Shown one piece after another: positions 27,467-36,397 of a DNA stretch of 64,000 nucleotides. Both the position numbers and the translations under genes were made by a program. How positions within the stretch are numbered: position 1 is the first letter of the stretch; each line of letters starts with the position of its first letter. The stretch is from contig JAYTWR010000004.1 in assembly GCA_043743335.1 (NCBI GenBank), positions 1,708 to 65,707 of the forward strand, given 5' to 3'. Source of the stretch: Burkholderiales bacterium (lineage in GTDB: Bacteria > Pseudomonadota > Gammaproteobacteria > Burkholderiales > SG8-41). The notes beneath the pieces were generated by a model. It saw nothing but the letters and a program-made list of their open reading frames with translations, did not search any database and was not told the DNA's origin.

Positions 27467-28498
27467 TTACCGAAACCCCGCCCGATCAAACACTTTTTGC
27501 GCGGCGGGCTGGTTTTTGCCCAAGACGCCGACGTTTAAGGTGTCTGCTTTAAAGGTGCCCATGGCCTCTAGCGTGCGGTTATTGAGCGGGGCGTTAGTGA
27601 CGGCGGGCCATTCGTTGTTGCCGCTGGCGAAGTAGCTTTGTGCGGCGTCGCTGGCGAGATACTCAAGGTAACGAATGGCAGCGTCTTTATGCGGCGCGTT
27701 TTTAAGCACACCCGCACCGGAGATGTTTAAGTGCGTGCCGGTGCTTTTTTGGTTGGGCCACACCAGACCGACGTTTTGCATCAGGGCGCGATCAGCGGGT
27801 TTGTCTGATGCCAACAAGCGTGCGTAGTAGTAGGTGTTGGCCAGCGCCACCGCGCATTCGCCGGAACCCACACCCGTGATCTGATCGGTGTCACCGCCCT
27901 TGGGCGCACGGGCGAAATTGGCTACCACGCCGCGCGCCCATTCCTCGGCGCGCGCCTCGCCCCAATGCTCGATCAAGGCGCTCATCAGCGACAGGTTGTA
28001 AATGTGGCCGCCGGAACGCACGCAAACCTTGCCCTTCAATTTGGGGTTGGCGAGGTCTTCGTAGTTTTGCACGTCGGCGGCGTTGACCAGCGTTTTGTTG
28101 TAAATGATGACGCGCGCGCGAGTGGAAAAGCCGAACCACTGGTTGCCGGCGGCGTGCAGATGAGCTGGCACGCGGGTGTCGAGCACTTTGGACGTGATGG
28201 GCTGAAACAGCCCCAACTGCTCGGCGCGCCACAGGCGGCCGGCGTCCACCGTTACCAGCACGTCGGCGGGGCTGGCAGCACCCTCGTTGCGTATGCGTTC
28301 GATGAGCGGGTCTTCGCCCGCTTCGATGCGATTTAACTTGATGCCGGTTTGTTTGGTAAAGCCGCTGTAGAGAGACTCATCCGTCTGGTAGTGGCGCGAC
28401 GAATACAGGTTCAAAATGTTGGTTTGTGCGTACGCGTTCGCGCCCAGCCCGAGGCTGGCGGCCATCAGGTATCGAGAGAAAAAGGTGTTTAATTTCAT
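27467..28498 (-). CDS. Fe(3+) ABC-transporter periplasmic binding protein (FbpA/AfuA-like)
   Basis: MKLNTFFSRYLMAASLGLGANAYAQ signal peptide, then LNLYSSRHYQTDE...VLVTVDAGRLWRAEQ. No permease or ATPase gene is adjacent. Confidence 0.85.
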   Translation of the reverse strand: MKLNTFFSRYLMAASLGLGANAYAQTNILNLYSSRHYQTDESLYSGFTKQTGIKLNRIEAGEDPLIERIRNEGAASPADVLVTVDAGRLWRAEQLGLFQPITSKVLDTRVPAHLHAAGNQWFGFSTRARVIIYNKTLVNAADVQNYEDLANPKLKGKVCVRSGGHIYNLSLMSALIEHWGEARAEEWARGVVANFARAPKGGDTDQITGVGSGECAVALANTYYYARLLASDKPADRALMQNVGLVWPNQKSTGTHLNISGAGVLKNAPHKDAAIRYLEYLASDAAQSYFASGNNEWPAVTNAPLNNRTLEAMGTFKADTLNVGVLGKNQPAAQKVFDRAGFR

Positions 28499-28518
28499 AG
28501 GGTTACTCAATTATCAGG

Positions 28519-28549
28519 GTGAAGTTAAGTCGTGAAGTTAAGTCGTGAA
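28519..28549. repeat. 13-bp tandem repeat GTGAAGTTAAGTC x2.4 in the fbpA-like leader
   Basis: Read directly, between the putative promoter and ATG 28498. Confidence 0.85.
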
Positions 28550-28601
28550 TGACCGGTTTAAGCGGGTAACGGACGGGACGAAAGTCTCGCTTAATGAATT
28601 T

Positions 28602-28630
28602 ATAGTAACAAGAATCATTCTCATTCGCAA
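28602..28630 (-). promoter_or_regulatory. putative sigma-70 promoter with overlapping Fur box
   Basis: Minus strand: TTGCGA - 17 nt (ATGAGAATGATTCTTGT) - TACTAT. The spacer and flank (AATGAGAATGATTCTT) match about 13/19 positions of GATAATGATAATCATTATC. It lies upstream of an iron-binding-protein gene. Confidence 0.45.
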
Positions 28631-28829
28631 GTAAATAATTGACCCAGCGATGCAGTACCACCACACGACACCACGCCACGTGAATTTTTGCGCGAGCTGC
28701 TGGGTGAGTTGTCGTGGCGAAGCGCTCAGGGTAGGCTCCCCGCCATGTCAAAACATCTGCTTGCACAAGTCGGCCTGTCGTTTCTGACCCTCAATGCGCT
28801 TTGTGGCGCGCCGCGTGCCTTTGCCGCCA

Positions 28830-28922
28830 ACCCCGCCGGATGTATTTCGCGACGTAGTGGCGCGCGACGTGGCTAAATGGATCAAAGTGGTGAAGGCGGC
28901 GAATATCAAGCAAATTCAATAG
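28830..28922 (+). pseudogene. C-terminal remnant (~30 aa) of a Bug/TctC-family gene
   Basis: The frame reads TPPDVFRDVVARDVAKWIKVVKAANIKQIQ*, matching the ..TP.EF...I..E..KW..VIK.AGIK.. ends of the intact paralogs. Nothing Bug-like lies upstream. Confidence 0.5.
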
Positions 28923-29157
28923 CTTGCGGCGGTCATCATTGAAGGCTACGGTGTCCTCTGTGGCGAATTGCGTTTTTTAGGATTAAAGCATTCTGCGCAT
29001 CCTGGCCGCACAGAGACGCGACAATAATCATCGTCGTCGAATGCCGCGATGCTTGTCTCGGAATGCACGTGCGCTTACGCGCCGTCCGGGCGACGCGTGC
29101 TTGCCGATTGACCGGCGGGTTCGCGGGGCATACAGTGCGGTTACGCAAAAACGGAGG

Positions 29158-29310
29158 CAACTATTCAGCGCCAATGTAGGATGCCGGTGAGCGTAGCGAA
29201 CCGCATCGTTCGCGTGATGGGTGTAGGCAAGGCCATGTCACGATGTCAGCGCTACGCCCGATGCGGTTCCTTCGTCACCGGCATCCTACATTGAAGCTGA
29301 ACAGTCACAA
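29158..29310. mobile_element. MITE/REP-like hairpin repeat, copy 2 (153 bp)
   Basis: Same flanks as copy 1. Arms TGTAGGATGCCGGTGA / TCACCGGCATCCTACA (16 bp, perfect) and AACCGCATCG / CGATGCGGTT. It ends at the AAGGAG SD of the next gene. Confidence 0.7.
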
Positions 29311-29317
29311 AAGGAGA

Positions 29318-30343
29318 ATGGTTTTGAAAAATTGGCATAGTTCGGTGATTGCACTCGTGGGTCCGGTATTCATACTCGCAGGGACGGCAGTAAATCTGGC
29401 CATGGCGCAAGATCAAGCCAAAGCCGCGCCTGCAGCGCAACCCTTCGTCGCGGGCAAGCCGCTGGGCGTAACCCTGCAGGGTGCCTACACACCCATGTCG
29501 AAGAACGTGAAAGTCTACGGCGCAGTGGTGAACGCGGAGAGTTGCTCGTACGACCCCGTGCGTGACCTGATCGTGGTGCCTAATCGCGGTGTCAATCAAA
29601 ATGAAATCCCAAACGACGCATTTGTCTCCCTGCTCAACCACGATGGCTCAGTACACACCGTCAAGTGGATAGGTGAAACCCGCGATGGGCTGATGCTCAA
29701 TCATCCCAATGGCAGCGACATCGTCAATGGCCTGCTCTACGTGGCCGATATCGACGGCGGCAGAACTGCGAAAGAGCCTACGACGGCCGTGATCCGAAAA
29801 TTCAATATGACCACAGGCGCGCCCGCCGGCGAACTGCCCGTGCCGCAGTCGCCCGGCATCAACGACATTGCGGTGGCCGCCGATGGCACCGTCTACGGCA
29901 CGCAAACCCGTGTCCCCGGGCCGACTGCTGAGCCGGGGCATTCCAAGGTGTTCAAGATTACCGCCCAAGGCGTGGTATCCGAACTGATTGTTGGCCCGCC
30001 GCTGCGGGCGCCCAACGGCATTGCACTCGACAATGACGGTAACTTGGTGGTGGTCAACATCGACAACAACGAGGTGCTGACCTTTGCGCTCGACGGCAAG
30101 TTGCTCAAGACCGAGCACGCCGTGCAGCCCGGCAATGACGGCTTGGTCATCATGAAAGATGGCACCAAATACGTGAGCAGCGTGCGGCAAGGTGGCGTCT
30201 CACGCATACGCCCCGGCCAGCCTGCTGATCTGATCGCCAGTGGCATCCCGAGCGCGGCGTCCATGTGCTACGACGCGGGGGCTAACCAGCTTGTGATTCC
30301 GATGAACCCTAACAATGGCGTGGCGATAATTCCGCTGCGATAA
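29318..30343 (+). CDS. secreted beta-propeller protein (SMP-30/gluconolactonase/LRE- or NHL-like)
   Basis: ATG 29318 after AAGGAG. Signal peptide, then repeated ...PNG(I/S)..D..GNL(Y/V)V.. blades. Confidence 0.6.
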   Translation: MVLKNWHSSVIALVGPVFILAGTAVNLAMAQDQAKAAPAAQPFVAGKPLGVTLQGAYTPMSKNVKVYGAVVNAESCSYDPVRDLIVVPNRGVNQNEIPNDAFVSLLNHDGSVHTVKWIGETRDGLMLNHPNGSDIVNGLLYVADIDGGRTAKEPTTAVIRKFNMTTGAPAGELPVPQSPGINDIAVAADGTVYGTQTRVPGPTAEPGHSKVFKITAQGVVSELIVGPPLRAPNGIALDNDGNLVVVNIDNNEVLTFALDGKLLKTEHAVQPGNDGLVIMKDGTKYVSSVRQGGVSRIRPGQPADLIASGIPSAASMCYDAGANQLVIPMNPNNGVAIIPLR

Positions 30344-30500
30344 AAGTTTGAGTAAAGTGTGCATTAGTGCACCGATTTATCTAAATTAGTCCGAACGGAC
30401 TATAGCCCACGAGCCGCTGGCACGATACCCTCGGCCTTGTCCCCGCTTCTAATCCCGTTTCTCGTCGAAAGAGCAGCGATGGTTGTTCGTAGTTCGCGAG

Positions 30501-30514
30501 AATAAAATTTTATT
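30501..30514. promoter_or_regulatory. perfect 14-bp AT palindrome AATAAAATTTTATT upstream of the PEP-CTERM gene
   Basis: Read directly, 20 nt upstream of ATG 30534. Possible operator or bend site. Confidence 0.3.
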
Positions 30515-30533
30515 TTATCTTGGAGAATGGCTC

Positions 30534-31253
30534 ATGAATTCAGTCCTTTGCAAATCACTGGCGACGGCGGTATTGGCGCTCGGGGCATCCGCGTCATTGG
30601 CGCAAACGCATCAATATCAACTCAACGGCTCGCTGGCAGACGATTTTGGCGGACCGTCGATTGTCAGTAATGGCGGCGCGTTGGGCCCCACCGGTTATAC
30701 CTTTGGCCTAAATCAAGGTTTGAATACGTCCGGGCTCGGTTTGTCCAATGTCTACACGATCGATCTGAAATACCATTTTGATACCCATGGCGTCTGGCAA
30801 AAGATTATCGACTTCAGCAATTTGTCTTTGGACCGTGGGATGTACACGCTGGGTAGTCAATATAACTTTTACCCCGTTCTTTCCTTAGGTGCGGCACCGG
30901 CAGATGGGGTTGACGGTACGCTGACGCTGACGCGCGATGCTGCAAATGTGGTTAACGTTTATTCGAATGGTTCGCTGTCTGGCAGCTTCCTTGATTCTGC
31001 TGGCTATGCGAATTTTGCCGGCAACAATGCCAGCTTCTTTATTGATGACTTCGCAACGGGTCAAGGAGAGGCCGCGTCCGGCTACGTGGACTACATTCGT
31101 TTTTGGGATACCGCATTGAGCGGTGCCCAAGTCGAAAGCCTAGGCGCGCCGACCGTGAGCGCCGTTCCGGAACCCGAAACCTACGCCATGATGTTGGCAG
31201 GCTTGGGCTTGCTGGGTTTCGCAGCGCGCCGCAGAAAGCAAAACTCGGCCTGA
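30534..31253 (+). CDS. PEP-CTERM sorting-domain protein (LamG/lectin-like N-terminal domain)
   Basis: Signal peptide MNSVLCKSLATAVLALGASASLAQ. C-terminus VPEPETYAMMLAGLGLLGFAARRRK is the PEP motif, a TM helix and a basic tail. Confidence 0.85.
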   Translation: MNSVLCKSLATAVLALGASASLAQTHQYQLNGSLADDFGGPSIVSNGGALGPTGYTFGLNQGLNTSGLGLSNVYTIDLKYHFDTHGVWQKIIDFSNLSLDRGMYTLGSQYNFYPVLSLGAAPADGVDGTLTLTRDAANVVNVYSNGSLSGSFLDSAGYANFAGNNASFFIDDFATGQGEAASGYVDYIRFWDTALSGAQVESLGAPTVSAVPEPETYAMMLAGLGLLGFAARRRKQNSA

Positions 31254-31275
31254 TAGCGCCTTGTTTCGGCAAACA

Positions 31276-31303
31276 AAAACCCCCGCTTTGGCGGGGTTTT
31301 TTT
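31276..31303 (+). terminator. rho-independent terminator
   Basis: AAAACCCCCGC-TTTG-GCGGGG followed by TTTTTTT. Confidence 0.75.
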
Positions 31304-31471
31304 ATCGGCTGCTGACGCTGGATGCGAGCCGGTATGCGACAGATTTTCCAAAGCTGACGTTGTTACCGGCGTCACAGCGTTTTGCGTTCTGTGCGAATCA
31401 CCTGTCCAGAAATCACGCGAGATCGCGTGGGCGTGCTGTGTGATAAGCAGGCGGTGACTTTTCATAACCAT

Positions 31472-32446
31472 ATGATTTTAAACAGTTATTTGTTAATCCT
31501 CAGCATGGGCTTTGGCTTTGGATTTAGTATTGCCGTCAGCCACGCCCAAAGCTATCCCACCAAACCCATCCGCTTCGTCTCGCCGTACCCGCCCGGCGGC
31601 TCTAACGATGTGGTGGCGCGCATGATTGCAGCGCGCATGTCGCCGGTGTTCGGGCAGCAATGGATCGTCGAAAATCGTTCGGGGCGCGGCGGCAATATTG
31701 GCGTTGAGCTGGTGGCGAAGTCGCCGGCGGACGGCTATACGGTGGTGCATGGCGGCATGGGCAGCCTGACGCTGGCACCGTTTTTGTCGAAGCTGCCCTA
31801 TGACGCGCTGCGCGATTTTGCGCCCGTTACGTTGACGGCGCGTGCGCCGAATGTGATTGCGGTGCATCCCACGCTGCCGGTGAAATCGGCGGCTGACCTG
31901 ATTGCGCTGGCGCGGGCGCGGCCCGGGCAATTGGATTATGGCAGCAGCGGGGTGGGCAGCACGCCGCATTTGACGGCGGCGCTGTTGGCATCGCTGGCGG
32001 GCATCAAGATGATGCACGTGCCGTATAAAGGCAGCACGCCAGCAACCATCGATTTGGTGGCGGGGCAGATTCCGCTGTTGTTCGCGCCGATATCTGCGCT
32101 GCTGCCGCAGATTGAATCGGGCAAGGTGCGCGCGATTGGTGTCAGCAGTTTGCAGCGCTCGCGTTTGTTGCCGGGCGTGGCGACGATAGCCGAATCGGGC
32201 ATCGCGGGTTTTGAGATGAACCCGTGGTTTGCGATGTTGGCACCGGCGGGCACGCCGCGTGACGTGGTGACGCGCTTGAATGCAGAAGTCACGCGCTACC
32301 TGCGCACGCCCGAAGCCGCCAAACTGTTCGCGGCGCAAGGGGCCGATGTGGCGTTCAGCACGGCGGACGAACTGACGGCATTGATGAAGGCTGATCTGGC
32401 ACAGTGGGGCAAGGTGATACGCGATAACCAGATTCAGGGCGAATGA
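31472..32446 (+). CDS. Bug/TctC-family tripartite tricarboxylate transporter substrate-binding protein
   Basis: MILNSYLLILSMGFGF..AQSYPTKPIRFVSPYPPGGSNDVVAR... is the canonical Bug architecture. I prefer the start at 31472 over the track's 31382. Confidence 0.9.
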   Translation: MILNSYLLILSMGFGFGFSIAVSHAQSYPTKPIRFVSPYPPGGSNDVVARMIAARMSPVFGQQWIVENRSGRGGNIGVELVAKSPADGYTVVHGGMGSLTLAPFLSKLPYDALRDFAPVTLTARAPNVIAVHPTLPVKSAADLIALARARPGQLDYGSSGVGSTPHLTAALLASLAGIKMMHVPYKGSTPATIDLVAGQIPLLFAPISALLPQIESGKVRAIGVSSLQRSRLLPGVATIAESGIAGFEMNPWFAMLAPAGTPRDVVTRLNAEVTRYLRTPEAAKLFAAQGADVAFSTADELTALMKADLAQWGKVIRDNQIQGE

Positions 32447-32455
32447 GGTTCTGCC

Positions 32456-32483
32456 TAAATAGTTGTTTAAAAACAACATATTA
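32456..32483 (+). repeat. AT-rich motif-related palindromic copy (TAAATAGTTGTTTAAAAACAACATATTA)
   Basis: Homologous to 61465-61498 (CTAAATAATTGTTTAAAATCAATTAGTTA). It contains the GTTGTTT/AAACAAC inverted repeat and starts 10 nt after the Bug stop. Confidence 0.45.
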
Positions 32484-32751
32484 GAGTGAACGTCCTGCAA
32501 TGTTTGCCGTAGACCGCTTCGCTGTCCGCTGTCAGCCCTCAACTCGTGTATGATTCATGCACAGGACATCAGCACCGCTTCATCCGGTTTGCGGTTGCGT
32601 CCTGTTCGAGGCGAATATCTGCTGTGGCACTCAGGGCTTAATCATAAAAGCCCAGCCCGGCGTTCCCCGAATCTTAAACCCCACGTGGTATCGGCCTGAA
32701 CCGGTTCTTGCGGCGTTTGCCGCAGCAGGTTGATCGCAGGGAGAATTTTTT

Positions 32752-35100
32752 TTGAGTCAGTTGTTTGCTGATCTTGGGCTGATGCCCGAATTGTCGCGTG
32801 CTGCCGGTGATTCCGGCTATACGCAACCCACGCCGGTGCAGGTGCAGGCGATCCCCGTTATTCTTGAAGGTTGTGATGTGTTGGCCGGTGCGCAAACCGG
32901 CACCGGCAAGACCGCCGGCTTCACGCTGCCGCTGTTGCAGCGGCTCATGGAAAACCCGCCCGAGCCGGGCACGTATCCGGTGCGCGCGTTGATCGTGACG
33001 CCCACACGCGAGCTGGCCGCGCAAATCGAAGAAAGCGTACACGAATACGGCAAGTATTTGCCGCTGCGCTCGACGGTGATATTCGGCGGCGTCGGCATGG
33101 GGCCGCAGCTTGAGGCGCTGAAAGCCGGCGTGGACATTCTGGTGGCGACACCGGGGCGCTTGCTCGATCACGCCAACGAACAGACGGTGGATCTGTCGCA
33201 AGTCGAAATTCTCGTGCTCGACGAAGCCGACCGCATGCTCGACATGGGCTTCATCCATGACGTTAAACGCATCCTCGCACTGCTGCCTGAGCAGCGGCAA
33301 AACCTGTTGTTTTCGGCGACGTTTTCCGACGACATTCGGGCATTGGCGGATGGCCTGCTGCGTAATCCAGTGATGGTGGAAGTGGCGCGGCGCAATGCTG
33401 AATCGGAACTGGTGGCGCAGCGCGTGCATCCGGTCGGGCAGGAGCGCAAGCGCGCCTTGCTCGCGCATTTGGTGAAAACCGGCGACTGGAAGCAAGTGCT
33501 GGTGTTTACGCGTACCAAGCATGGTGCCAACCGACTGGCGCATCAATTGGGGCGTTCGGGTATTTCTGCCACGGCGATTCACGGCAACAAAGGGCAGGGC
33601 GCGCGTACCAAGGCGCTGGCGGATTTCAAGGCAGGGCTGGTGCGCGTGTTGGTGGCGACGGATATTGCGGCGCGCGGTTTGGATATTGAAGAATTACCGC
33701 ATGTCGTGAATTACGATTTGCCGCATGTGGCGGAAGACTACGTGCATCGCATCGGACGCACCGGGCGCGCAGGCAGCACGGGTGAGGCCATTTCGCTGGT
33801 TGCGCCGGAAGAACTGCCGTTGCTGGCAGAAATTGAAAAGCTCATGAAGCGCACCGTGGAGCAAACGGTGATTCCCGGTTTTGAACCCGGCAGTGAACCG
33901 CCGCCGCAGCACGGGCGAGGGCCGGAGCAACTAGGGCAAGCGCCCCGGCAACAGGGGCCTGCTGAGGCCCAGCCATCAGCGCTGCCGCAGCCGCCCCGGG
34001 AACCCCGGCAACCGCAGGACAGCACGGCGGGCGAGCGGACGCCTAAGAGGGAAGGCGAGGGACGGGAAGGCCGGGGGCGTCGTCGAGGGCGCGGACGGAA
34101 CCGCCAAAATGGCGAAAACCGGGGCGAACCCCGTGACCCTGCCGTGCAGGGTGCTACTGCGGCACCGGGTGTGGCTGCCGTGGACGGCGGTGCGGGGCAG
34201 ATACCGACCCCGCGTGAGATGCGTGAGCCGCGCGCACCGAGAGTGCAGGGGGAGCCGCGTGGGAATCGTGGTGAGCGTGGTGAGCGTAGTGAGCGCGGCG
34301 AGCCGAACCCGAATCGCAATTTGCATCAAAGCCGTCAGGAAGCGCAGCGTGAGGATCGCGACAATCGCGGCAACCGCGATACCGGCAAGAATCATCGCGC
34401 GGTGGTACTGGATGACGATTTTGGCAATCGCATCCAGCCGGCGAAGCAGCCGCGCGGCATACGCGCGCGCATCGCCGCCGGTGATATCGACGAAGCACTC
34501 GACAACATCGGCAACCGCATGCCGCAGCCGCCGAAAAACCAGCGCAATCTGGATACGGAAGAAGAAATCAATTTCAATGTCGCTGTCGCCGCACCGCAGA
34601 CCGTATACGATGATGATGATGGACAGCAACCACCGTCCAATGCCGGACAGTTGTTTCCGTCATCCGCCGGTTTCATGGGCGCGGGCCGGCCGGCACGCGC
34701 TCATCGCGGCAAAGGACGGAGTGGCCGCAATACCGGCAAGTCAAACTTTTCCGCTAACGCTAACGCTAACGCTAACGCTAACGCTGCCCGCGACGCCAAT
34801 GGTAACCACGGCGGCGAGCGGGGCAATCGTGACGCCGCTGGTAACGGGGCAAGTGGTAGCAATGGCAATAACGGCAACGCACGCAATCGCGGTAACAACA
34901 AGCGCCGTCGCGGGCAACCGCAGCGCGCACAGTCCGGTCAGCCGGGGCAGCCAGGTCAGCCGCAGCGTCAACAGCAAGGTCAGCGACAGCGCCCGCAGCA
35001 GGGGCAATCTGGCCAGCCTGGCCAACCGGGCCAGCAGCGGCAACAGCAACGGCGTCGTAATGCCGGCGGCGGCGGGCGGCGTCCGGAAGGCGTGGTTTAG
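32752..35100 (+). CDS. rhlE: ATP-dependent DEAD-box RNA helicase (RhlE-like) with ~400-aa low-complexity C-terminal tail
   Basis: Q-motif, [12 protein letters not shown] ([13 protein letters not shown]), [16 protein letters not shown] start at 32752. The tail is rich in R/G/E/N/Q/P and carries internal tandem repeats. Confidence 0.9.
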   Translation: MSQLFADLGLMPELSRAAGDSGYTQPTPVQVQAIPVILEGCDVLAGAQTGTGKTAGFTLPLLQRLMENPPEPGTYPVRALIVTPTRELAAQIEESVHEYGKYLPLRSTVIFGGVGMGPQLEALKAGVDILVATPGRLLDHANEQTVDLSQVEILVLDEADRMLDMGFIHDVKRILALLPEQRQNLLFSATFSDDIRALADGLLRNPVMVEVARRNAESELVAQRVHPVGQERKRALLAHLVKTGDWKQVLVFTRTKHGANRLAHQLGRSGISATAIHGNKGQGARTKALADFKAGLVRVLVATDIAARGLDIEELPHVVNYDLPHVAEDYVHRIGRTGRAGSTGEAISLVAPEELPLLAEIEKLMKRTVEQTVIPGFEPGSEPPPQHGRGPEQLGQAPRQQGPAEAQPSALPQPPREPRQPQDSTAGERTPKREGEGREGRGRRRGRGRNRQNGENRGEPRDPAVQGATAAPGVAAVDGGAGQIPTPREMREPRAPRVQGEPRGNRGERGERSERGEPNPNRNLHQSRQEAQREDRDNRGNRDTGKNHRAVVLDDDFGNRIQPAKQPRGIRARIAAGDIDEALDNIGNRMPQPPKNQRNLDTEEEINFNVAVAAPQTVYDDDDGQQPPSNAGQLFPSSAGFMGAGRPARAHRGKGRSGRNTGKSNFSANANANANANAARDANGNHGGERGNRDAAGNGASGSNGNNGNARNRGNNKRRRGQPQRAQSGQPGQPGQPQRQQQGQRQRPQQGQSGQPGQPGQQRQQQRRRNAGGGGRRPEGVV
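34753..34785 (+). repeat. hexanucleotide repeat (GCTAAC)x5 inside the helicase tail (encodes ANANANANAN)
   Basis: Read directly. Confidence 0.9.
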
Positions 35101-35272
35101 CGCGTGTTACCGCGAAAAAGGGCGCTTGCCGTAGCGAATACTGAGAAAGTCCGCGCGTTACGGTGATTCGGTTATCACCCGCTTGATACGCGGGCGTTCC
35201 CAGTCGAGGCACCGCTGTTCCTCGGTGCCCACCGTGCCCCCTGCGGCTAAAAGTTTGTGACGGGCATGCCGA

Positions 35273-36202
35273 CTAAGCGGCTTTTTTCTCGCGGAGCGGT
35301 TTTTCGCTGCCTGCTTTTTCGCCGCCCAATGCCTCAACCAAATCCGCCAGCATGGCGGCGAGTTCTCCACTCATTAGGGCGAAGTCGATGTCGAACTGCT
35401 CTTCGGCATCTTCGGCCTGATCCTGCGTTTCGTCTTTGAGAATGTCGAGAAAGACTACGCGTTTGATTTGTAGTTGGTCAGTCAGCACGAACGACACGCG
35501 GTTTTTCCAAGTCATGCCCAGCCGCGTGGCAGATTTGCCGCCGCGTATGTGCTCGCGGATTTCCTTGCCTTCCAGCGGATGGTTGACGTAGCGCACCGTG
35601 GCACGGCTGTCACCGGATGCTTTTAACTCAAGGTCTTGGTCAATGGTAAACGGCGCGGGCACTTGGCCGGCGCTTAGCCATAGCGTCATTTGTGCGGCGG
35701 GCGACTGGTGACATTCCAGACGTTTTACTTCCAAGTCAATGTCTGCCCCGAGTAACGATTCGAGCAGCTCATCGGCTTTTTTGTCCGCAGCAGTGTCGAT
35801 CACCAGCCAGTGGTTGACTGGGTCTATCCAGGTGCGCAGCGTGCGGCGGCGGCTGAGCGCCTTGGGCATCAATTCTTCGAGTACTCGCTCGCGGATGTCG
35901 CGCATTTGCTTGCGGCCCACCGGGTGTTCCTGTTTTTCTGCGAGTTTTGCCGCGCGTTCCTGCGCGACTTGCGTGATGATCGAACCGGGCAGCAGTTTCT
36001 GATTGACGCCAAAAGCGATCAGCCACTGGCGTTGCAGGCTGTGCAAAAATTGATCGTTAGCGCGCGGCGCAACCCAGCCGCGCGACTCCATCTCAAAGCT
36101 GCCACAGGGCTGCAGGGCGTTGTCTTTGAGTTTGGCTTCGAGATCGTCCGCCGCAAGATTGTTGTCGGCCAAGCGGTATACGAGCAGATTTTTGAACCAC
36201 AT
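35273..36202 (-). CDS. rdgC: recombination-associated protein RdgC
   Basis: 309-aa ORF starting MWFKNLLVYRL, the characteristic RdgC N-terminus, with the expected length. Confidence 0.9.
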   Translation of the reverse strand: MWFKNLLVYRLADNNLAADDLEAKLKDNALQPCGSFEMESRGWVAPRANDQFLHSLQRQWLIAFGVNQKLLPGSIITQVAQERAAKLAEKQEHPVGRKQMRDIRERVLEELMPKALSRRRTLRTWIDPVNHWLVIDTAADKKADELLESLLGADIDLEVKRLECHQSPAAQMTLWLSAGQVPAPFTIDQDLELKASGDSRATVRYVNHPLEGKEIREHIRGGKSATRLGMTWKNRVSFVLTDQLQIKRVVFLDILKDETQDQAEDAEEQFDIDFALMSGELAAMLADLVEALGGEKAGSEKPLREKKAA

Positions 36203-36272
36203 GATGGGTTGCCAAAAAAACGTGGATTATACCGGCACGGTGCTGCGGCAATGCGGTAATCTTTTGTTGGGA

Positions 36273-36351
36273 GTAACTGTTCCGCTTCACTGTAGGATGC
36301 CGGTGACGAAGGAACCGCATCGGTCGTGCGACGGACAAGCTGAATCGTTAC
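36273..36351. mobile_element. MITE/REP-like repeat, copy 3 (short, one arm, 79 bp)
   Basis: GTAACTGTTCCGCTTCAC-TGTAGGATGCCGGTGACGAAGGAACCGCATCGG-...-AAGCTGAATCGTTAC. It matches one arm plus both flank types of copies 1 and 2 and lies in the rdgC/CMD divergent region. Confidence 0.6.
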
Positions 36352-36397
36352 TGTCTGGATGCGAATGAGCGCGCATGAATTTGAGCAAGGAGCCTGC

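Noticed and set aside
31493-33582. 349-aa and 302-aa minus-strand ORFs antisense to a Bug gene and to rhlE
   Set aside because: They are extremely Arg/His/Gln-rich, have no motifs, and are fully overlapped by well-supported plus-strand genes.
34109-35134. 341-aa alternative-frame ORF within the helicase tail, plus several minus-strand ORFs there
   Set aside because: These are products of the repetitive GC-rich tail DNA. The frame continuous with the DEAD-box core is the parsimonious one.
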